Of a stretch of 64,000 nucleotides of DNA, positions 1-7,384 are shown one piece after another. Within the stretch, counting starts at the first letter, position 1; each line of letters opens with the position of its first letter. The notes beneath the pieces were generated by a model. It had not been told where the DNA came from and did no database searches. It saw only the letters and a list, made by a program, of their open reading frames with translations. The position numbers and the translations under genes were made by a program. The DNA is from an uncultured Thiomicrospira sp. (GTDB lineage Bacteria; Pseudomonadota; Gammaproteobacteria; CAKMZV01): contig OZ239628.1 of NCBI GenBank assembly GCA_965195345.1, forward strand, positions 768,001 through 832,000. The letters are read 5' to 3'.

Positions 1-3000
1 CTTCTACCAATCAGATTATGCTTACCTCCGTTGCTAATGCCAACGGCACAGCTACACTTACAGTAAGCATTGTTGATAGTGGAAATCTCTCCGCTTCCAC
101 CGAAGTGGTGGTGATTGTCAACGCCGTCAATGATACGCCCACACTTACCTTTTCAACCACTCAACTTAGTCTAAATGCAAATTTCATGCCTCAGACAATA
201 GCAACAGCAACAGACGTTGATGATGCTTCCTTGCTCCTAACCTTTGCACTATCTGCAACCGATGTAGTACAAATAACGACGGTTGCTAATCGGTTTATAT
301 TAAATCCTATCACTAATGCTTTTGGCGACACAACTATCACCCTTGCAGTATCTGATGATGATGGTGCACGCTCTTCTTCTCAAATTTTCACAGTGCGCGT
401 TAATGCGCCCATTGCATCGACAACGCCTACGTTAGCTTTATCAACGCAGAACATCACTTTAGATGAAGACTTTGGTACTTTTATTATCAACACCACTGCA
501 ACCGATGCAGAAGATGGGACATTGTCAGTAACCGTATCTGGACAGGCTGGCTTACTAACCACTAATGCTACTACTGATCAAATTACGCTCACTTCCGTTG
601 CCGATGCTAATGGAACAGTTACGCTCAATGTGCGTGCTGTTGACAGTGGTGATCTTGCAGCCTCCACCGAAGTGGTGGTAATTATCAATGCCGTCAATGA
701 TAGTCCTACATTGACGCTATCAACAACTAACCTCAGCCTCAGTGAAGATTTTGGCACATTCATCATCAACACCACTGCAAGTGATGCAGAAGACGGAGCG
801 TTATTAGTGACCGTATCTGGACAGGCTGGCTTACTAACCACTAATGCTACTACTGATCAAATTACGCTCACTTCCATTGCCAATGTCAATGGAACAACCA
901 CACTCACTGTAAGTGCCACCGATAGTGACGCTATTACAGTCTCCACGGAAGTGATTGTTGTTGTCAATGCCGTCAATGATAGTCCTACATTGACGCTATC
1001 AACAACTAACCTTAGCCTCAGTGAAGATTTTGGCACTTTCATCATCAACACCACTGCAAGTGATGCAGAAGATGGTGTATTGTCTTTTACAGTATCTGGT
1101 CAAGATGCAAGTCTATTAACAGTTAGCACTTCTATCAATCAGATAATACTTACTTCTGTTGCTAATGCCAACGGAACAGTCACACTCACTGTAAGTGCTA
1201 CCGATAGTGATGCTCGTACAGTTACCACCGAAGTGGCTATCACCATCAACGCCATCAACGATACTCCGACATTGACTCTTGCTACAACAAATATTACCAT
1301 CGTTGAAAATGCCACTGCTCGTCAAACCATTTCCATTACTGATGTGGCGGATGTTGAGGGAAGCACACTTACTTTTTCAGTCATTGCCTCCACTTCTGTG
1401 TTTAGTAGTAATCCTACATCTGTAGTCTCCTTTTCAGACACAAGAATGATAACCTTCAGTAGACAAAGTACGACTGCTCAACTCTATTACACTCTACGAC
1501 CTGATAGCACAGGCACTGGCTTCATTCAAATTGCTCTAACAGATGGAATAGACACACAGGTTACAACTGTTACCGTGACTGTGACAGAAGTTAAAAATCC
1601 GCCCCAAATCACTCAAGACTTTAGAACACATCGCTTCTTTGATGCTCGTGCAACACGTGTAGGCGCTGTTGGAGGTGTCTTATTTGCAGCACGGGGTGTA
1701 TTCACTGGGTCGCTTGTATCAAGCTCAACAGATGGTACAGGGGATTTTAGCAATCAATTAAACTTTGCTCGCTCCTTAGGAGGGAGTTTGGCAGAACTGT
1801 ACACTGAGGAAACATACAATGCTTTATTGGGTTCTGTTTTGGTTGCTAATGGCGCTGCAACAGTAGGCTTTGATGATGATCGTTTTTGGCTTGGGCTCAC
1901 TGAAATACCCAATACTTTTGGCGCTTCTGTGCCAGATCAATCAGCATCAGATGATCGTTATTTTTGGTTATCTGGTCAACGGGTGTCACAAGGATTAGGC
2001 GCTGCTCGTGTAGACGTCCCAGGAGTATACATAGGTTGGGGGGCATCCGCCCCAGGTTCAGGTAGTCAGCCATGTGCGGATCTGATTCTTGGTGAAGAAG
2101 TGCCTGTAGGGTTCAGACCTTGGGCAAATGAAAGATGCGATGGATCGTCATTTGCTTTTTTCGATGCTCTAAAAGCGTTGATGCAGTTCCCAAATGGCTT
2201 ACCTACTACCTCCTCAATGGTTTTTCAAGCAAGGTCAGTAATCACACGTATTCGTTTAAGTGGTTATGATCTTGATGGTTCAGATAATGCACTATCTTGG
2301 CAAGTCACCGATGCATCTGGCGGTAGTATCACCACTTCCACGGTTTATAGCAGTACTGGCGCACAAACCTTAGAGATTGCTTACACCCCTGTGAGCAACT
2401 TTTCAGGCACTGCCACCCTTGTTGTAAGCTTAGATGATGGCGATAGTGCTACACAAAATAGTACTGCTCGTGTATTGGTGGTTAATAGCACACCGACTTT
2501 AACACTCTCAACCAATGCTGTCAGCTTAGATGAAGACTTTACCAGCTTCGTCATTAACACCACTGCAAGCAATGCAGCAGGGATAATTGACTTTAGTGTT
2601 AGCACAGGAAATGGCATTGTTCTTGTAACCACCTCTGCTAATGCAATTACACTGCAATCACTTCCGAATATAAATGGTACTGTAACCTTAACAGTCGTTG
2701 CGAGTAGTGGTCTTTTGACAGATACACAGACGATTAGCGTTGTGGTTAATCCAGTCAACGACACCCCCACGCTGTCTTTATCTGTGACGCAAAGGGTGCT
2801 TGCTCAAAACTTTGGCACTTTCGTCATCAACACCACTGCAACCGATGTGGAATCAGGCACATTGGGCTTTAGTGTCAGTACAGGTAATGGTATTGTCAAT
2901 GTAACCACCTCTGTCAATACGATTACTCTGCAATCACTCGCCAATGTCACAGGCGATGTGACGTTAACGGTTAGCGTAAGCGATGGACTATTGACGACGA

Positions 3001-5360
3001 CACAGTCCATTTTTATAACCGTTAGCAGGGCGGTGACGCTTGAAATATCCACAAATACTATTGTTTTAGATGAAGATTTTAATACCTTCATTATTAACAC
3101 CACTGCAACGGTTGCAGATGGGTCTACATTACCTATTTCAGTATTGCAGAGCACGCCTAATCTACTTGCATTTAGCACCATAACTGGGCGCATTACCCTT
3201 TCATCTATTGCGAATGCTAATGGAGTAACAACCCTTACCGTCAGTGCAACCAATCAAGGTGGATTAACGAACACGACAGAAGTGGCCATTACCATTAATT
3301 CCATTAATGATACTCCCACGCTCAGTTTATCAAATACAAACTTAACCTTGGCACCTAATAGCACTGGTTTGATAACTGCCTTTGGTGCGGATGTGGAAAC
3401 AAGCAGTGCCTCATTGGTCTATTCGGTGCAACAAAATCCATCTTTGTTACAAGTGAGTACACAAGGCAATGTCATCGTGCTGAGATCGAGTGCTACTGCA
3501 GGCTCGACCACTTTAGTGATAACCGTTACTGATGGCGGTAACTTAAGTGCTTCAGCAACCGCTCGAGTTACTGTTCTCTCTAATGTTTTGAATTTCGCGT
3601 TAAATGTTAAACGCATTGATTTTTCTTGGAATACATCCCTTACAGCAAATCATTACCGCATGCTTAGCAATGTCGATTTGAATGCTGGTGGTGGTTTTGT
3701 TGATGCCAGTAGCGCAAGTTTGGTGTTTGTACCGAATAGTACGAACATTATCAATACTACAGTCTCTGCGATAGTGGATGTAGCACGCTATCTTTCTACG
3801 GCTAATGGACCACAGTATCTGCTAGAAGCTTGTAGTAGTGTGGATAATTCAGCCTGTGCTAATCATGCACTACAAACTTTGAGCAATGCCCAGTTAGAAG
3901 GGTTGATTGGTTACTTCAAAGCATCTAACACAGGGGGTAGTGATCAATTTGGCACAGCTCTAGCAATAAGTGGTGATGGCAACACATTAGTTGTCGGTGC
4001 ACCATTTGAGGACAGCACCGCCACTGGCATCAACGGCGATGAAGTAAATAATAATTCAACTAACACTGGTGCGGTCTATGTTTTTGTGCGTAGTAGTACG
4101 GGCAGCTGGCGTCAACAAGCCTACGTCAAAGCCTCTAATACAGAAGCCAATGACCGGTTTGGTACAGCTGTATCGATAAGCGATAATGGTAATACGCTAA
4201 TTGTTGGTGCATTTGGGGAGGACAGCACCGCCACGGGCATCAACGGCGATCAATTAGATAATTCTGCAAGTGACTCTGGTGCAGCCTATGTTTTTGTACG
4301 CAACAGTGCCGGCACATGGAGTCAACAAGCCTATCTCAAAGCATCTAATACAGGAGCTGGAGATGAGTTTGGCCGAGGTGTTTCAATTAGTGGTGATGGT
4401 AACACACTGCTCATTAGCTCAATTGGAGAAGACAGCAATGCCACGGGTATCAACGGTGATCAAACAAACAATTCTACAAGTAACTCTGGTGCAGCTTATG
4501 TTTTTGTGCGCAGTAGTACAGATTCATCATGGAGCCAGCAAGCCTACATCAAAGCTTCCAATACAGACGCAGGTGATAGTTTTAGCTCAGCTGTATCGGT
4601 GAGTGATGATGGTAATACTTTAGTTATTGGGGCATCTTTTGAAGACAGCACCGCCACGGGCATTAACGGCGATCAAACAACTAATAGTGCAAGTGCATCT
4701 GGTGCAGCCTATGTTTTTGTACGCAGTAGTACAGATTCATCATGGAGTCAACAAGCCTACCTAAAAGCATCAAATACAGGTGTTAATGATCAATTTGGTA
4801 TAGCTGTATCAGTGAGTGATGATGGTAATACGCTTGTAGTCGGTGCATTATTTGAGGACAGCACTGCTACTGGCATTAATGGTAATCAAACAAGTAGTGG
4901 TGCAAATGATTCTGGTGCGGCCTATCTTTTTGTGCGCAGCAGCACGGGCACGTGGAGTCAACAAGCCTACATCAAAGCCTCTAATACACAGGGTGGTGAT
5001 ACATTTGGTAATTATGTGGCAATAAGCGGTGATGGTAATACGTTTGTAGTCAGTGCACCGAATGAGGACAGCAATGCCACGGGTATAAACGGTGATCAAG
5101 GCAATGTGAGCGGTTTGTCTAACTTCGGTGCAGCCTATCTCTTTGTGCGCAGCAGCACGGGTACATGGAGTCAACAAGCCTATGTCAAAGGCATAAATCT
5201 TGACGGATTCTTCGGTAGTTTATTAAGTAGTGTGTCGATGAGTGATGATGGTAAAACGCTTGCTACCGGTGCACCTAATGACGGACATTCTGCACGTGGT
5301 ATCAATGGTGGTCCAATAGACAATAATGCAGGCAGCTCTGGTGCGGTGTATTTATATTAG
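1..5360 (+). CDS. Giant adhesin-like protein, 5'-truncated by the window (cadherin-like repeats, C-type lectin-like domain, FnIII-like domain, 7-blade FG-GAP propeller)
   Basis: Frame is open from the window edge (tct acc aat cag att ATG at 18), so the Met at 18 is internal. Contains NAVNDxP repeats, an FWLGLT..YFWLSG..C..W..C module and seven KASN..FG..GAP repeats ending GAVYLY. Confidence 0.93.
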   Translation, partial: STNQIMLTSVANANGTATLTVSIVDSGNLSASTEVVVIVNAVNDTPTLTFSTTQLSLNANFMPQTIATATDVDDASLLLTFALSATDVVQITTVANRFILNPITNAFGDTTITLAVSDDDGARSSSQIFTVRVNAPIASTTPTLALSTQNITLDEDFGTFIINTTATDAEDGTLSVTVSGQAGLLTTNATTDQITLTSVADANGTVTLNVRAVDSGDLAASTEVVVIINAVNDSPTLTLSTTNLSLSEDFGTFIINTTASDAEDGALLVTVSGQAGLLTTNATTDQITLTSIANVNGTTTLTVSATDSDAITVSTEVIVVVNAVNDSPTLTLSTTNLSLSEDFGTFIINTTASDAEDGVLSFTVSGQDASLLTVSTSINQIILTSVANANGTVTLTVSATDSDARTVTTEVAITINAINDTPTLTLATTNITIVENATARQTISITDVADVEGSTLTFSVIASTSVFSSNPTSVVSFSDTRMITFSRQSTTAQLYYTLRPDSTGTGFIQIALTDGIDTQVTTVTVTVTEVKNPPQITQDFRTHRFFDARATRVGAVGGVLFAARGVFTGSLVSSSTDGTGDFSNQLNFARSLGGSLAELYTEETYNALLGSVLVANGAATVGFDDDRFWLGLTEIPNTFGASVPDQSASDDRYFWLSGQRVSQGLGAARVDVPGVYIGWGASAPGSGSQPCADLILGEEVPVGFRPWANERCDGSSFAFFDALKALMQFPNGLPTTSSMVFQARSVITRIRLSGYDLDGSDNALSWQVTDASGGSITTSTVYSSTGAQTLEIAYTPVSNFSGTATLVVSLDDGDSATQNSTARVLVVNSTPTLTLSTNAVSLDEDFTSFVINTTASNAAGIIDFSVSTGNGIVLVTTSANAITLQSLPNINGTVTLTVVASSGLLTDTQTISVVVNPVNDTPTLSLSVTQRVLAQNFGTFVINTTATDVESGTLGFSVSTGNGIVNVTTSVNTITLQSLANVTGDVTLTVSVSDGLLTTTQSIFITVSRAVTLEISTNTIVLDEDFNTFIINTTATVADGSTLPISVLQSTPNLLAFSTITGRITLSSIANANGVTTLTVSATNQGGLTNTTEVAITINSINDTPTLSLSNTNLTLAPNSTGLITAFGADVETSSASLVYSVQQNPSLLQVSTQGNVIVLRSSATAGSTTLVITVTDGGNLSASATARVTVLSNVLNFALNVKRIDFSWNTSLTANHYRMLSNVDLNAGGGFVDASSASLVFVPNSTNIINTTVSAIVDVARYLSTANGPQYLLEACSSVDNSACANHALQTLSNAQLEGLIGYFKASNTGGSDQFGTALAISGDGNTLVVGAPFEDSTATGINGDEVNNNSTNTGAVYVFVRSSTGSWRQQAYVKASNTEANDRFGTAVSISDNGNTLIVGAFGEDSTATGINGDQLDNSASDSGAAYVFVRNSAGTWSQQAYLKASNTGAGDEFGRGVSISGDGNTLLISSIGEDSNATGINGDQTNNSTSNSGAAYVFVRSSTDSSWSQQAYIKASNTDAGDSFSSAVSVSDDGNTLVIGASFEDSTATGINGDQTTNSASASGAAYVFVRSSTDSSWSQQAYLKASNTGVNDQFGIAVSVSDDGNTLVVGALFEDSTATGINGNQTSSGANDSGAAYLFVRSSTGTWSQQAYIKASNTQGGDTFGNYVAISGDGNTFVVSAPNEDSNATGINGDQGNVSGLSNFGAAYLFVRSSTGTWSQQAYVKGINLDGFFGSLLSSVSMSDDGKTLATGAPNDGHSARGINGGPIDNNAGSSGAVYLY
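1740..2195 (+). other. C-type lectin-like domain, copy 1 (approximate bounds)
   Basis: ARSLGGSLAEL..FWLGLTE..YFWLSG..YIGWGASAPG..PCADL..WANERC..ALMQF matches the CTLD motif order. Confidence 0.75.
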
Positions 5361-5607
5361 AATTTAAATAGCTAAAGGGCAACTAAATTTGCTTGATTAA
5401 TCCTGCCATTATGTATTCATCAGGCAGACAGGAATGCAGCTTTTCTGCTTAACGTTTATTGCTTTAAATGTTATAAACTGCTTGCATGTTTTCTCATGCT
5501 TTAATTTATAGTAAATCAAGTGTCACAGTTCAAAATATGAGCTTCTATCTCATACATAAACTGTAGTGAAATTTTAATTGCATAATTGAGTACATAAGGT
5601 GAATGAT
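5361..5607 (+). promoter_or_regulatory. Conserved intergenic spacer, type A leader
   Basis: Homologous to the other spacers. TTGCAT(5482)-N19-TATAGT(5507), hairpin TATGAG-N7-CTCATA, SD AAGGTGA before ATG 5608. Confidence 0.55.
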
Positions 5608-5849
5608 ATGCGGTATATAAAGCGCTGGGCATTTCTGTTGTTGTTTGTTTTTCTGTCTGCCTGCGGTGGCGGTGGTGGTACAACACCTCCATCTACTAAT
5701 ACAGCGCCAAGTTTAAGTCTCTCTGCCAACGCCGTAACGCTTGATGAAGATTTTGGCACCTTTATCGTCAACACCACTGCCACCGATGCAGAAGATGGAA
5801 TGTTGCCTTTTACAGTATCTAATCAAGATGCCAGTCTATTCGCCATCAC

Positions 5850-6161
5850 GCTTCTGAAGTTGAGAAGGGTCATGAGGAAGAAGTAGTTATCGCAGCTATT
5901 GAAGAGATGACTGATAAGACTAATGATGAGATTGTAGCTACATGGAAAGCTAATGGTCTATCAGATGGTATCGTTGATTATATTGTTAAGCATTCAACAC
6001 CATCAGTAATGATTGATCTAGTATTCATCACACATCTATTCACATGTATTAGATGTAGTCATAGTTTCAGTAAAGGCTTTCTTCAAGGCTGGATTTCAGA
6101 AACTAATTGTACTAAATGTTATAACAACTATGTTATTAATGAAAGTTTAAAAGGAAAATAA
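5850..6161 (+). CDS. Hypothetical protein, probably 5'-truncated; C-terminal CxxC-x17-CxxC (possible Zn ribbon)
   Basis: Frame is open from the insertion boundary (ASEVEKGHEEE..), 19 codons before ATG 5907. CIRC...CTKC motif. Stop is adjacent to the next ATG. Confidence 0.45.
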   Translation, partial: ASEVEKGHEEEVVIAAIEEMTDKTNDEIVATWKANGLSDGIVDYIVKHSTPSVMIDLVFITHLFTCIRCSHSFSKGFLQGWISETNCTKCYNNYVINESLKGK

Positions 6162-6162
6162 A

Positions 6163-6540
6163 ATGAACACATTATATATTGACGTCCGTATTGACGAAGA
6201 CTTCAACCTAGACCCTCGGATGGTATTTGATTCAGTTCGTATCAAGCACACAGAGATTGACAAGTATCTTCCTCTATTGCGTGGCAAGAAAGTTATTGTC
6301 ATCTGTCAGGCAGGTCTCAAGCTAAGTCAAGGTACTGCTGGTATCTTGAACGCTCATGGTATTGACGCCACTCATCTAGTAGGTGGTTTCATTGGTATTG
6401 AAGATAAAGATGGTATGGAAGAAGCTCCAACTTATGAGTATGTAGCAGCAGCAGAAGGTACTGATGTTGATACTGATAAGTTAGTAGCATATGTAGATGA
6501 AGATCAGGTTGATCTTGTAACAGAAAAGTTTGGATGGTAG
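6163..6540 (+). CDS. Rhodanese-like domain protein resembling the N-terminal domain of ChrB-type sulfurtransferase/chromate-resistance proteins
   Basis: IDVRIDEDF..DPR..VIVICQAGLKLSQG..L..GI.A.HLVGGF motif pattern; SD AAGGA upstream. Confidence 0.8.
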   Translation: MNTLYIDVRIDEDFNLDPRMVFDSVRIKHTEIDKYLPLLRGKKVIVICQAGLKLSQGTAGILNAHGIDATHLVGGFIGIEDKDGMEEAPTYEYVAAAEGTDVDTDKLVAYVDEDQVDLVTEKFGW

Positions 6541-6541
6541 A

Positions 6542-7108
6542 ATGATTGAACTAGTATTATTCCTATTGTTTATTATCGGTACTCCTGGTCCTGCTAATAT
6601 GATTTCAATGTTAGCTGCTACTGAGTCTGGTCTAAAGCAGACACTCAAGATGGTAGCAGGTATCGCTGTAGGTCTTGCGTTTCTTAGTGTAGTAGTAGGA
6701 TTAGGCTTCTCTACTATCCAGCAGTATCCTAATGTAGTCTTAGCCATGAAGCTAATCAGTGCTGGCTATATGATTTGGTTGTCTATCCAGGCTTGGAGAG
6801 GTAATGGTCATGCTCTACATGTAGAGAAGTATACATTCGTCAAAGGTCTATTCATTCAGCCTCTAAATCCTAAGGCTTGGGTATTCACTATCTTGGCTTG
6901 GAGCACATATTCAGCTGGCGTTAGTGCTGATGTTATGTGGCAGTTTGTAGGTGTAACAGCAGCATTGATGGGTGTGACATTTACTTCACAATCAACATAT
7001 GCTGTAGCTGGTTCATTGATGAACAGAGTTATGTCTAAGAGTCGTACACTTACTCGTGTATTGGTTGTAATGAATGTAGCTGTAGTTCTTTGGGCACTGA
7101 CACTCTAG
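6542..7108 (+). CDS. LysE/RhtB family amino-acid efflux translocator
   Basis: TPGPAN and LNPKAW motifs, ~6 hydrophobic segments, ~190 aa. ATG at 6542 lies just after the rhodanese stop. Confidence 0.9.
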   Translation: MIELVLFLLFIIGTPGPANMISMLAATESGLKQTLKMVAGIAVGLAFLSVVVGLGFSTIQQYPNVVLAMKLISAGYMIWLSIQAWRGNGHALHVEKYTFVKGLFIQPLNPKAWVFTILAWSTYSAGVSADVMWQFVGVTAALMGVTFTSQSTYAVAGSLMNRVMSKSRTLTRVLVVMNVAVVLWALTL

Positions 7109-7258
7109 AGAGGATTGTATGATTACCTCTACCAATCAGATTATGCTTACCTCCGTTGCTAATGCCAACGGCATAGCTACACTTACAGTAAGCATTGTTG
7201 ATAGTGGAAATCTCTCCGCTTCCACCGAAGTGGTGGTGATTGTCAATGCCATTAATGA

Positions 7259-7384
7259 TGCATGTTTCCTCATGTTTTAATTTATAATAAATCAAGTGTC
7301 ACAGTGCAAAATATGAGCTTCTATCTCATACATAAACTGTAGTGAAATTTTAATTGCATAATTGAGTACATAAGGTGAATTGAT
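7259..7384 (+). promoter_or_regulatory. Truncated type A spacer (3' half only)
   Basis: Begins at TGCA microhomology; ATGCAT(7258)-N19-TATAAT(7283); SD AAGGTGA. Confidence 0.55.

Larger units (their letters stand above)
5850..7123. mobile_element. ~1274-bp foreign DNA insertion with no transposase/integrase
   Basis: Unrelated to the array repeats and with different codon style. Removing it restores ttc gcc atc act acc tct acc aat cag. No TIR or clear TSD. Confidence 0.7.
5608..7262 (+). pseudogene. Disrupted array paralog: lipoprotein N-terminus interrupted by a foreign insertion, remainder deleted
   Basis: 5608-5849 encodes MRYIKRWAFLLLFVFLSACGGGGG..SLFAI(T). 7124-7262 resumes exactly (TTSTNQIMLTSV..NAINDA) and then joins the middle of an intergenic spacer. 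Confidence 0.88.

Noticed and set aside
1740-2195. Diversity-generating retroelement targets (CLec fold)
   Set aside because: No reverse transcriptase or template repeat in the window. The domain is internal, and differences include indels and are not evidently adenine-specific.
5343-5360. C-terminal VYLY as an outer-membrane beta-signal/autotransporter
   Set aside because: It aligns with the GAAYVF strand of every blade, so it is part of the last propeller blade; no barrel domain is present.
5361-5607. Spacers as integron attC sites
   Set aside because: A GCTTAAC is present, but there is no matching GTTRRRY at attC distance, it is not conserved in all spacers, and no integrase is in view.
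5599-5886. 95-aa ORF as a functional small lipoprotein
   Set aside because: It is the truncated paralog reading out of frame into the insertion; treated as a pseudogene.
5850-7123. IS element or intron
   Set aside because: No transposase, RT or endonuclease, no terminal repeats, and the ends fall inside foreign genes.
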